Assembly (NCBI RefSeq): GCF_009834535.1
Contig: NC_045697.1
Coordinates: 4,714,001-4,778,000, forward strand
Length of the DNA: 64,000 nt
Source: Camelus ferus
Lineage: Eukaryota
Reading direction: 5' to 3'
Part shown: positions 1 through 11,173 of the stretch, in pieces
How the letters are laid out: every line of letters begins with the position of its first letter
Position numbering within the stretch: position 1 is the first letter of the stretch
Notes under the pieces: generated by a model
What the model was told of the DNA's origin: nothing
The model's database searches: none
The model's input: only the letters and a program-made list of their open reading frames with translations
Program-made: the position numbers and the translations under genes

Positions 1-554
1 TGTAAAGGGCTGTGCACATGTGCGAATGGGAGGACTCCTAGGAGCCCACTGACCAGGGTGCCCCTCCTGCATCATCTTGGAGGGGGGTCCTCACTACCTC
101 CTCTTTGAGGTGTCTAGCCCCCCTTCTGCAGATCAAAACCCTGGTGCTCAAAGCAGTGCTGGACTGACCAGCATCACGCAGCAAGGAGAGCTCTGGGCCC
201 CTTGGGCATTGCCGCTTGCTAGAAAGAACTCACCCCTAGCACACTCGAGGGACGGCACACTGCATCTGGCCTCCCTTCAGATCTGCCCTCTTTTCTCCTT
301 CCCCTTGTCCACCTTCCATTCAGCATCTTCCTTTCCTCTTGAGGAATCTTAGCATGGACTCCGGAGGTCAAAGGGCGTGGAGCAGGGGCAGGCTGTGTCC
401 CATCTCCAGTCAGCTCAGAGGAGGATGCTTGCTTCTGCTTTAGATAGTCTCCCATCGGTGGTCCCTCATCTTCCCTAATTAAGTCCCTCCCATCACCATG
501 ACAAACTGCTGCTTCCCACATTAAAGCGGCTGATGTTTGCCACAAAGCCCAGCT

Positions 555-735
555 CTGTGTGTGTATGTGTGTGGGTATATGTGTACGCCTGTGTGTGTGC
601 ATGCACGTGTGTGTGCCAGTGTGTATGTGTGTGCATGTATGTGTGCCTTGTACGTGTGTGTAAGTGGGTGCATGTGTGATGTGTATACAAGCATGTATAT
701 GCATGTGCATGCACATGTTCATGAGTTTGTGTGTC
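555..735. repeat. Degenerate (TG)n/(TGCA)n purine-pyrimidine microsatellite
   Basis: Directly visible; ends ~85 nt upstream of the CRMP1 exon acceptor. Confidence 0.9.
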
Positions 736-820
736 CCCAGGGAGACAGCTCGCTCTCCTGCACAGGGGACTGCAGGCATGCATTTTGTCAGTCACGTGCT
801 CTCCTGCTCCCTCTGTTTAG

Positions 821-986
821 GTTTCTGGGTTGCAAGGGGTCCCCAGGGGCATGTACGACGGTCCTGTGTACGAGGTGCCGGCCACACCCAAGTACGCAAC
901 GCCGGCTCCTTCCGCCAAGTCCTCGCCTTCCAAACACCAGCCTCCGCCCATCAGAAACCTCCACCAGTCCAACTTCAGTTTATCAG
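821..986 (+). CDS. CRMP1: CRMP1 (collapsin response mediator protein 1 / DPYSL1), penultimate coding exon
   Basis: tttag|GTT acceptor, TCAG|gtagg donor, 166 nt. Translates [55 protein letters not shown](G), the CRMP1 C-terminal tail. Confidence 0.97.
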
Positions 987-2776
987 GTAGGAAGGTACAG
1001 CGGCCAAGTCTCCCCGGGCCATGGTGGTGCCGAGAGCCCGGAACCTGCAGAAATGGGCCCACGGCCTCGGGCACTGGATGAAGAGCCAAGGGGGGAGCGT
1101 TGGATCCCCTCCGCCCCTCCTCCCGGGGTTGGCAGAGGAGGCTGGGAGGGTCAGAAAGCAGAGGGGGTCCGTGGGGGCAGCACAGAGACACCTGACCCTG
1201 GTTTATGAAGAGTCTGCTTGAAAACTGCCCATGTGCTCGTCCTTAAGCACATCTGGGGACATGTCTGCGCTCTTTCCCGTGAGGCTAACGTGGAGAGGTG
1301 GGTCTCCAGGCTGTTTATCACGCGCCCTCGTAACTCATGACTGTTTCATCTTCCCACAACCCTGTGTGGAGAGTGGTGTTACCCCTATTTCTTTAAGGAG
1401 AAAATGAATGCCCCCAAGACATTCAATGTCAAAATGCCAGTACTTGGTGCTGGACAAATGTGTGTGGACCAAAACCTCAGCCTTTCTGAAGGCCCTTAGG
1501 ACACGTGCCTGCAGTTTCATCCGGTCACCACACGAGGGCAGGCGGGCACACGCTGGGACCTTGACTTGGGACTGCCTATTGGAGGCTGGGGACCCAACAC
1601 AACAGGGATTGTTTGCGCAGCCGGGAAGACATACCACCTCTCAGGGAGTTTGCCAGCTGGATCTCTGCTCTCGTGTTATACGATTCCTGATTACAATTAA
1701 ACACGGAGTGACACTCCCTTTCAGAACAAGAAAAACAATGGAACAAAGTTTGTAGGTAGGGCCCCCCCCCCCGACCACCCTTGGTCCCCCGTTCAGCCCC
1801 CAGGTCCCCCTGAGTGCCCAGCACCGCTGGGCAGCCCCACAGCAGCCTCACGGGCGCCTTCGTCAGACACCAGCAGCATCGACGCCGCCCAGTGTCAGGA
1901 GCGACTTCCACATGTCCCTTAAACACCTGTGTGGGGTCGCGTCATAGACACGTGGCCGGTGTCCTTTTGCCCACCAGGGATTTTCAAGGCACCCGACACG
2001 TGACTAGCAAGGTACAGGTATCACGAGGGGAAACCAGGGTGATCAAGCACTGGGCTGATTCTGGGTCGTCAGGAGGTTCCTGAATTTCCAGGGCAATACA
2101 GTGCGAGAAGACAGGGGTCCGTTCTCTAAACCAGCGCTTAGTGGCTTCCAGAGATCATACGTCAGAGGTGGGAGGGCCTCGTCTGGTTTTTTTTTAAGGG
2201 TGATTTCATCGAAGTCTGAATTTGTAAATCCTGATGACTTACGGGGTTCAGCACTTTGTCTTGTTTGTTGGGCTTCCCCGCTCTTTGGTGATGGGGCGAT
2301 GATGACAGTGGATAGTCCCGTTTCCACCCCCTGGTTCCTGGGGACATTGGGTCAGTGCACACCGCGTATCGACCTCAGGCTCTCAGCCTGAGCAGACGCC
2401 CTGGCAGCGCTTTAACAGACCATCCCATCAGGTCAGCTTCCCCCGAGCAGCGAGGTGCATGGCGAATCCAGTGAATGCCATCCTGTGTGCGTTGTCACAC
2501 CTCCTTTGCCGTAAAATTGATCCCGGTCTTTGAGATGTTGGGGTACAGAACACTTGGAGGGTAGTCGTCTGCTCTGATTTTACAAAAAGGGAAATGGGGC
2601 CAAAAGAGGGGAGTGTCTGATTCCAAATTACTGGCACCATTTGTAGTGGAAACTAAGTCTCCCTGGCCAGATCCTAGGACCTTCCCCTTACCCCTCCTTC
2701 AGCATTATCCACCACTTAGCCGTTTAATACGTATTTATTGAGGGCCAGGCACTGGGCTTGGCACTAGAATTTTAAA

Positions 2777-2924
2777 ATTTTAATTAATTTTTTTACTTTG
2801 CAGAGGGGAGGTAATTAGATTTATTAATTAAGTTAATTTTTTAATGGAGGTACTGGGGATTGAACCCAGGACCTCATGCATGCTAACTATGCACTCTACC
2901 ACTGAACTATAACCTCCCACCCCA
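2777..2924 (-). mobile_element. tRNA-derived SINE (camelid vic-1-like)
   Basis: A/B-box tRNA head (reverse complement of GGGGATTGAACCC...CTCTACCACTGA), A-rich tail, 13-bp TSD CTAGAATTTTAAA at 2764-2776 and 2928-2940. Confidence 0.85.
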
Positions 2925-3739
2925 GTGCTAGAATTTTAAATCTTTATTTAAGTGCTAGGGAACACAGGAGATTAGGATGGATGGCTGACTTTGCAGATTT
3001 AAAACAGAAGGCTGCCCCCGCCCTCATGCAGATCTGCACATTGCCAACAAGGGGGGTAAATCCAGCTCTGAGTAGTTCACACACAGGCACACGCATGCAC
3101 AAATACACACGTGTGAGCACAGTATGCAAGTGTACGCCCGTGTGCTCCCATGCATAGCACACTGAACACCTTGGGACCATCAGGCGCCGTGCCGAGTGTT
3201 GTCCTGAGTGAGCTGTCGGAGCTGAGGCTTTGGGGACAAGCCAGCTGGGGCTGGAATCCTGGCTTCCCTGCCCTCGCGTGTGCCCCCCCACAGTGCAAGA
3301 CCTGAGCCTCAAATTCCTCATCTGTAGATTGGGGGTAGAACAACAACAGCTCTTTCATAGTCTTGCTGTGTGCCCTGAACTCAGCAACATAAGCTACAGC
3401 CCCGAGGCTGTGCCGCACACAGCAGGCACTCAAGTGTCAGCCCACCTGTCTCAGGAACGTGAAGCCGGACAGGAAGAGCGTGAGTGGTCAGGGCTGCAGG
3501 AGGGTGACCCCAGGGCCTGGGGGGCATAGAAGAGAGAGCAGTGAACCCCGTGGCGGTCAGGGAGCCTTCCTGGAGGTGACCCTGGACCAAAGGGTGGAGA
3601 GGACAGAGGTATATTGAGAGGAGGGCTCAGTGTCCGGAAGGCTAGGGGACATGGTGGTGGGGGGGGGCACCCACCCCGCAGGAGTAGCAGGTGGAACGGG
3701 TGTCAACAGCTCTCCTGAGTGACTGCCTGTCTCTTCCAG

Positions 3740-3831
3740 GTGCCCAGATAGATGACAACAACCCCCGGCGCACCGGCCACCGCATCGTGGCGCCCCCTGG
3801 TGGCCGCTCCAACATCACCAGCCTCGGGTGA
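3740..3831 (+). CDS. CRMP1: CRMP1 last coding exon, to TGA
   Basis: ttccag|GT acceptor, phase-compatible with the previous exon. (G)[29 protein letters not shown], stop at 3829-3831. Confidence 0.97.
3788..3806 (-). promoter_or_regulatory. CTCF core motif inside CRMP1 coding exon
   Basis: Reverse complement CGGCCACCAGGGGGCGCCA vs consensus TGGCCACCAGGGGGCGCTA (17/19). Confidence 0.65.
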
Positions 3832-4720
3832 AGGCGGGGAGAGGAGGAGCCCGCGTGAAGGATTCTGGGAAGGACGGGCATCCCTTTCCCTGTCCGTGTT
3901 TGGAAACCCACAGTTGTATTTGGTACTGATGGGGGGAAAACTAAAATGTTCTTTCCTTTTCTGTTTAGGAAGAAGTGGTACTAGTGTGGTGTGTTTGCTT
4001 GGAAACCCCTTGCCCACAGTTGTGTGTCCATCTGAGTCCACCTCAGAGCATGGCGTCTTCGGGCCCCCCCTTAGTGAACGCAGGTCCTAGCATCGCCTCG
4101 TACTGTCCCTCCCGTTCTGACGCCACGGGCCCCACGGCTCTTTGAGTGGCTCCCTTGCACCCCCGTGGCTGTTCTAGGATAGTTGATGCATGCTACTGAG
4201 TTATGTATGCGAGTCTGTAAGTGTGACCGACGGAACGTGGCCAAGGGCTGATGGGGACATGCTGCCGAGACCTCAAGCCCTCGGGGGCAGCTCCAAAACT
4301 CACAGTGAAGATGTGTCCTCATCACCCCACCCACCCCGGGTCTACACGGGAAGGAAACCCATCCCACCACACCCCCACTGCATCACTCACGTCCTGTGTC
4401 AGGAACCCCGGTCTCCGTGGCCCCTGTAACTCACCACGACGTCTTTGCGGTCTGTGTGTGTCCTTCCAGCCCGCTTGGGACTGCAGGCCGAGCCAGGTGC
4501 ACACTCAGAAAGGGCTGGCGACGGCGGGGTGGCAGCTGTCCCCTGCGCCCGTGTCCTGGTCCCTCCAAGGCGGCTGACGGGGCGGTCAGATTTTTACAGT
4601 TTTGTACATAGTTTTCCTTTGTAATCACCCCCATTTTTACTTAACAACTGACTTACTGTGGCTCTTATTTCTGAAATCAAAGCTTGTGAAAAAAATAAAG
4701 AAATGGCCCGCTCCCTGACC
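3832..4720 (+). other. CRMP1: CRMP1 3' UTR (3' end approximate)
   Basis: Follows the stop codon; ends in a U/A-rich block (TGTACATA at ~4603) and AATAAA at 4694-4699. Confidence 0.8.
4694..4699 (+). terminator. CRMP1 polyadenylation signal AATAAA
   Basis: Canonical hexamer ~860 nt after the stop, followed by a GU-rich stretch (gtgtttgcatgt at ~4724). Confidence 0.8.
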
Positions 4721-5155
4721 GCAGTGTTTGCATGTAAGTGGCGGCGGCTGGGGGCAGCCAGGGTGCCCGTGCTTGGCGCTTCCCCTCGTGGTAACCGGGC
4801 AGTGGTGCTTTCTTCCCAAGGACTCACTCTTGTTAGGTCGTGGGGGGAGTGGATGAGGGAGGAGAAGGAGCTGGTCATGATTCAGGAAGTGTGAGACTCA
4901 GACGAAGGATAGGAGGAGAAGGATGATGGCCGGCCGTGGGGTTCTGTGAAGTAAGTTGAAATCACATGTCCATTCTTTCCTGCCCAGCCTTTCCTTGGTA
5001 TGTTCTCTCTTCCTGTGTGTTATGTAGGTCAGGTGACCTCAGGCTGGAAGCGCCCTCTCCCGAACTTGACATTTGTAACCTCCAGACCGGTGGGAGGTAT
5101 ACATTCTACAGAGGAGTAAAAGCTCAAAGTTGCTTATCTTGATTAGCTGTTAGTA

Positions 5156-5372
5156 GTGAGGATGGTGACGATGATGGTGGCGGTGGTGGTGGTGGTGGTG
5201 ATGATGATGGTGGTGATGGTGGTGGTGGTGGTGGTGATGATGGTGGTGGTGATGGTGACGATGGTGGTGATGGTGGTGATGATGATGGTGGTGGTGGTGG
5301 TGATGGTGGTGGTGGTGGTGATGATGGTGGTGGTGATGATGGTGATGGTGGTGGTCGTGATGGTGGTGGTAG
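5156..5372. repeat. (GGT/GAT)n trinucleotide repeat
   Basis: About 70 triplets, directly visible. Confidence 0.95.
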
Positions 5373-6591
5373 TAACGCTATCTGTACAGCATGCTCTGCA
5401 TGCCAGATGCTCTACACAGTAGGCACTGTTATTAGCCTCATTTACAGATTAGTCTAGAGAGGTGAATAATTCCTCTAAGATCAGAAAGTGGCAGAGCCAG
5501 TATCTGAATCCAAGACAAACACATCCAAAGCTTCTTGCTTCTAACTGCCAAACTTTGTCATTCGTGGCTTTGGATGCGCCTATGTCTATTTTATGGTTTC
5601 AGTGTCCTCTCCCCCTGCCCCACTGGGTTAGGACACTTTGGTTAAGACCCAAAGAGGTGTTGGCTCAGGGTCAGTTATGAGTTTTCTCGAAACAAGGCTA
5701 AATATGGAGAAAGGTCAGCAAGGGAAGGTAATGGCTTTTGATGTTTGGCCTTGGCCCATTGGGACTCCCAAAAGGCAACACAGAAGCTCCTAGAAGAGTA
5801 AGATTGGCAGCAATAAGGTACCCACCCTGCTCTCAGGAGAGCGCTTCCTGGCTCCCGCATCACCCCCAGCCCATCAGGGGCAGAAGCTGAAGCAGGAGCA
5901 GCCGTAACATCCTCCCTCTGAGAGCAATGCCGAAGTGGCCTTTGCCTCGCTCCCAGGTCACAGGGCCACTGTCCAGTCGGCATAACCTGGTGAGGGGGCC
6001 AGCACCCCCCTGTCCTACATCAGGTTCCCTGGGACCCCCAGGAGGCACAGTCACAGGGGTCCTGGCAGCTGCAGGACAGACAAGATTCACTTTTTCCTGG
6101 AAGCCTGAGCTGCAGCATCCTTTCTGAGGAGTATTCTTTTCATTCATCTCTTGAGATGGTGGGATGGCACTTCAGGGGGAGGCTCTCCATCCTCTCGTTC
6201 ACTCAGCTGCACCCTTGCTTCCCCTCTGCCATGTAGCATGGCAGTCACGGGCCCCAGGGGTCAGAATGTGGGTGCCCTGGGGTGGGGGCGCTACTCTGCC
6301 ACTGCAATAGCCTCAGTTTCCTCCCAGAAGTTTTGTCTTTGACACTTAGGTCCCTGACCCATCTCTCATTAATCCTTGTGTATAATGTAAAGTAGGGCTC
6401 AAGGCTCACTGTTTTCCATACAGAATCCTGATCGGCCCAGTGCCCTTGACTGAAAAGACCAGACCAGATCGTCTTTTCAACCAAGGGCACTGGGAGGATT
6501 AGATGCTCTATGGAGAAAATGCAGCTTTGCCCCATTAAGTTGCAGCGGAGCCTTCGTTGCAGATCAGGTGGCCACAGTGAGCAGTCTTCTC

Positions 6592-6760
6592 ATCCAGTGG
6601 TCCTGAGGTGCGCTGTTCAATGTTGGACACCGGGCTGGGCTGGGCTGGAGTGGGAGCCGTTTGTAGTGTCTGCTAACTTCTGTGGTGCAAATACTCTCGC
6701 TGTAGCAAACTCCAAGCTACCAACATGGAGCCTGGGAGCTTGCAATCCATACAGTGTGAG
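6592..6760. mobile_element. MER63-like hAT fossil
   Basis: TTTGTAGTGTCTGCTAACTTCTGTGGTGCAAATACTC...CAAGCTACCAACATG. Confidence 0.5.
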
Positions 6761-9623
6761 TCAGCCCTGGTGTCCCAGTAAGGGCCAGTGCGTTCTCAGT
6801 GTCACTGGCCTCACTGTTCTCCTCCAGTGATGTCAATTCATGGAGTGAGAGAGCAAGAAAAGGGGACTCCTGAACAAAAAGGGCTTCTACCAAGTTGAAA
6901 TGTCCCTCCTCCCTCCTTCCCTCTTTCCTTCTCAGACACCAGGGTCCGAGCCGTGCCTGTTTCATACCAGACAGCATGCTAGTCAGGGGAATGCGAGGGC
7001 TATACATTCCAGCAGGAAGGTCACATAGTAACCAAACTGTTACCCAAAGCATCTAATTGCACACGTGTTAAGTGGGCTATAAAGGAAGCATCTTGCAGCG
7101 AGTTGAGAATGTTGACCTTCCTCTCCTCATGTCTCCATAGAGGGAGGGGTGTGCACACTGGGGGAGAAACACAGGACTCTCCTGGCCCCTTGCTCACTCA
7201 TTCCTCCCCAGGGCAGGAAAAGCACCTGACTTCTCAGAGCTGAGCGTGCCACGTGGCTCCCTACCTCCCTCCACAGAGATGACTGGCCCATAGGAAACAC
7301 ATCTCCTCTGTCGTGAATTTACCCTGAAGTTAATGATGTTCAAGCTTCAGGCCCCTCGTTGCACAGATCCCTCCCTGGGCACCGGGGGCGGGCTTGGTGA
7401 CAAGTCCGGGGAGTCGGATTTACCTGAGTCAGGGGTTAAGAGCACCAGCACCTTCCACTCTCACGTCCCGAGTGTCGAGTGGCCCCGGGAGGCCGTGGGC
7501 CTTGCTGGGATCTGGGTTAAGGCAGGTTGAGCTGGATTTAGTGGGGTGGGCATGAGGGCGGTGGAGGTGCTGCTGGCCAGCCCAGGCACAAATGGCCACT
7601 CCCAGTGCCAACTCCCCTACATAGCGACAAGGAGTCAGCCAGGAGCCAGGACGCAAATGTGTCCCACGGTGCCCAGCACTGGAAGTGCTCCCAGACCGGA
7701 AGTGTGCCCAGCACGGAGGAGAGGGAGTGCTGAGGCCAGTGTGCAGAGTCAGAAGCGGGTCCAGGGGAACCTCCCAGCCATCAGATGCAAGGAGCAGTGA
7801 GGGGAGAAATCAGTGCTAGGACAAACGATCACAGAAGTGGGTCAGGCAATTCATCGATTTAAAAAATTACTTTTTTGGTGAGGAGGAGCTGAGATTTTGT
7901 GAAATTCATCAGGCTTTAAAAATATAATTCGATCTGATCTCCTCTCTCATTCTAAATACATATTCACTTTATACCTTCTATAATTTTGTCTTTTATGAAA
8001 CTCTCCTCCCCAAATGTAGCCCCAGGCCACCCCTCTGGCCAGCCCCCAAGTCCGGGTCCCCTTGCTGCTCCTCTCGGTGTGTTTTGGGGCATTCCCGCTG
8101 TGGAGGCTCGTGAGTGGGGCCACGTCTGTGTCTGTGTGGGGGCGGGCAGGTTTGGCTCTGGGGAAGGCATGAGCAGGCTCCTTGTGGACACAGTCCCCCA
8201 GAGGGGCCTCATCGGTTACAAAAATGATATGCAGATCTCTGTCTGTCTGTCTGCCTGCTTGGCCTCTATCTCAGCTGGTTCCAGACTTGGACAGGAAATA
8301 AAGGAATGCTATTTACCATCCCCTCCCCCAACCCAGCAGCAAAATACACAGATAGTACTAAGAGCAAAAGAGAGGGGGTCGGAGTTAGTTGTGGGGGCAG
8401 GGAAGGGTCTGGAAGCTGTGAGCCCTGTTGTTGAGATAGGAACAAGGACTAGGAGCTAATGAGGCAAAAGGGATGGGAGGATGCGGGGGTGTTCCAAGCA
8501 GAAGAATGTCACATACCAAGGCCGTGGTAGGCAGGTGTGACAGAGGCTGCGCGCTGGGTCAGGGCAAGGCCATCAGCTGGGCTACAGAGTGGCCGCTACC
8601 AGACCTCACAGGGCCCTGCGGTCTGTGTGAAGGATTTTGCTGCTTCTCCTAAGAGCAAGGGAACATCACTGAAGAGCATCAGTCAGAGCTGTGTTTTAGA
8701 AAGTGCGGGCAGATTAGAGGAGGCTGGGGCAGGGCAGGAGGGAAGAGGAGCAGCAGTTAGGAGGCTTCTGCAGCAGCAGCAAGAGGTAATGAAGACAAGA
8801 CAGACCCCAGGCTGGCTGGAGGAGCCCTAGGAGTGTGTTGGCCTTATATATACCCCGTTGACTTCATCCTAGCAGCTCAGATCGGATCAGAGGCTAAATT
8901 TGCATTAAAATCAATCCACTAAACTCCTTGCTACATCATCACTCATGATTCCCTCCCATCTTCACCTCCTTCCATCACTGTAACAATTCACAGCCCATAA
9001 TGAGAACTGGGAACACAACCCCAGCGGAGGGAGGGCGGCTGGGATGTGTCCTCGGGGTCTTCTCGCTGGTCCTCCTCCCCCACCGGCCCTGGGTGTGCTG
9101 GGCGCATGTAGCTCAGTCCCAGGCCTGAAAGTCCTCATCCTGGGTGTCCCAGAGCCTGTGCTGACGGTCTGCTGAGTGTCCTGTGGCTTCCAGGTTTATT
9201 TTGCCCAAGGAGTGAAAGGGGCCCCTCCACGTTCCTCTCACGGAAGACACAACCCACAAGGATTTATAGAGAATTACGTGCCTCACACTGTGCCAAGCAG
9301 TCCAGCAGCTTGTAACATATGACATGTGACATACTCCCTTGGGCTAAGGAGCTGCACTTCGGAAGCAAAGCCACTATCCACGCAAGATGGGTGGACAATG
9401 GATCTAAACTGCATGTTTTTCCAGAGATCCTGGTGCTGCCGGGGCGTCTGCATTTACCAAACTTACGTCCCCAAGCCAGACATTCCCAACATAGCAGCTG
9501 TCTCCCTCCAGAATGCCTCTGTGCAGGGGACCCAAGTGACAAAAGCAATGTCTATGTAAAACAGGTTCTCAAAATATTGCAGGAAGCCATAGCTTGTCCC
9601 TACTCTGCAAAATAGTGAAATGT

Positions 9624-9629
9624 TTTATT
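9624..9629 (-). terminator. Candidate EVC polyadenylation signal (AATAAA on - strand)
   Basis: TTTATT on + strand ~1.46 kb past the EVC stop; a second candidate lies at 9195-9200. Usage is not provable from sequence. Confidence 0.45.
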
Positions 9630-9648
9630 TAGCCACAAGAGGGCGCTG
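9630..9648 (+). promoter_or_regulatory. CTCF core motif
   Basis: TAGCCACAAGAGGGCGCTG; matches the CCAC(C/T/A)AG(G/A)GGGCGC core. Confidence 0.6.
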
Positions 9649-9934
9649 TTGGTTAACTTTGGAAAGCCTGCCTGGGGACCAGTCAGGACGAGGATGCTAT
9701 GTTAAGCATGTCTAACAAATGATGTAACTAGTATGGATTCCTTCTTCTGTTAAGGGGCAACTCTTTCCTGACTAAAGAGAATTTAATCTAGGCTTTAAAA
9801 AATAAAAATGCAGATCACAGATGGCCCAGAAAATCCCTGAAACAGGGGCTCCCAGAACCAGGTGCCCCCTCTGTGACCGGCAATTCGTGGGAACACTGAG
9901 CTTCCATCCCAGACCTTCCCCAGGGCTGGCACAC

Positions 9935-10146
9935 TTCGACTCAGATCCATGGGTGGTGCCCCTGAAGGAACATCTGGCAGTGTCTGAGGCATTTTTGGTT
10001 GTCACAACATTTTGGGGCACTAGGGGGAGTGCTCCCAGCATCTGGTGGGAGAGGCCAGGGACGCTGCTGAACATCCCATAATGCACAGGACTGCCCCACC
10101 CCCCCAGACAGAGAGTTGTCACACTCAAGATGTCCAGCGCTGAGAA
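9935..10146. mobile_element. MER20-like hAT DNA transposon fossil
   Basis: GGCAGTGTCTGAGGCATTTTTGGTTGTCACAAC...GAGGCCAGGGACGCTGCTGAACATCCCATAATGCACAGGAC. Confidence 0.75.
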
Positions 10147-10664
10147 TGACAATCCTTGATTTCAGTGAAACAAGTCATTTTCCTTCCAGGTGGGAAGGGC
10201 CTCTCCTGGCAGTGGCTGATCTGGAAGCTTCTGGATATCGTCACCATCCAGGGGACAAGCATTTCTCCTGCGGGGTCAGGGGGCTGCTGTCTGGCAGAAG
10301 AACTGATCCCTCCAGGGGGAGTCCAAGGGCTGGGCAGGGCCTCCTTCCTGGCACTTTAAGTGTCTCCAACAGAAGACACAGCTGCAGGTGTCATTACGTC
10401 TCTGTGGGTCCTCAGGTCCCCAGGGTGGGTGAGGACAGGCCTGCAGGTCAGGGATTCCATGGTCTAGGTCAGGATCGTGGGGCCCTGAGACTCAGATTCC
10501 CACGTCATGACCAGGCCTTAGCTGCTGGCTGAGCCCGAGAAACGAATAGGTCCTGATGAGAATTCATGCAGCCAGTGGTCACGGGACAGAGAGAACGGAG
10601 GTGATGGAAATGGAAGAGAAAAGATCTTGGGCCCAGAAAACACCAGCAGCACCTGGAGACCCCT

Positions 10665-10910
10665 TCACTTCCCGCAGAACTTCACCCGGAGGCTGGGGAG
10701 CGGAGGCCGCGTGGCGGGAGTGAGATGACGTCGCGCTCTCGGGGGGCGGGTTCGGTGCAAGCGGGAGGGGCGGGGGCTACAGAGAGCCAGGAGGGGGCGG
10801 GGTCCCCAAGGGACAGAGCCGTGCCTCGAAGCCAAGGAGACACAAAACTGGAAAAGACCTGTTTCCAACACGGTGGTTTATAACTGACACAGGCGGGAGG
10901 GTCCGCCACA
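10665..10910. promoter_or_regulatory. CpG-rich promoter-like motif cluster in EVC 3' UTR
   Basis: E2F-like TTCCCGC (10669) and TGGCGGGA (10712), CRE-like TGACGTCG (10726), three GGGGCGGG boxes (~10743, 10767, 10794), TTTATAA (10877). Confidence 0.4.
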
Positions 10911-11088
10911 CTCATTTATGCCTTTTCTCGGACTTTTATATCCATTCTCCACCCCGCACAACAAGCCCGTGCGCAGAGGGGAGACCCCACCGTCCCCCAG
11001 GGCGGCTAGGTTTGCCTTCACCAGCTGCGGGAGGGGCAGCCGGCGTTCAGACTCAGTCTCCAGGTTCCATTCCCCCACCAGCCGTGAG

Positions 11089-11173
11089 CTACAAATTGCT
11101 TCTTCTCTTTAGCATCTTCTTGGAATTTTCACCATCCCCAACTGCACTTTCTTGCTGGCTGAGCCTTTTGCTG
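11089..11173 (-). CDS. EVC: EVC last coding exon (exon 21), to TAG
   Basis: 85 coding nt. SKRLSQQESAVGDGENSKKMLKRRSNL*, stop at 11089-11091; tandem acceptor AAG/CAG. Confidence 0.95.

Noticed and set aside
219..1208. Long ORFs rich in His/Thr or Cys/Val
   Set aside because: Translations of the (TG)n microsatellite; only 821-986 is a real exon.
1817..1840. REST/NRSE-like word CAGCACCGCTGGGCAG in the CRMP1 intron
   Set aside because: Wrong half-site spacing and mismatches; not supportable.
5156..5422. Poly-Val/Met ORF resembling a membrane peptide
   Set aside because: Read-out of a (GTG/ATG)n repeat; no supporting gene structure.
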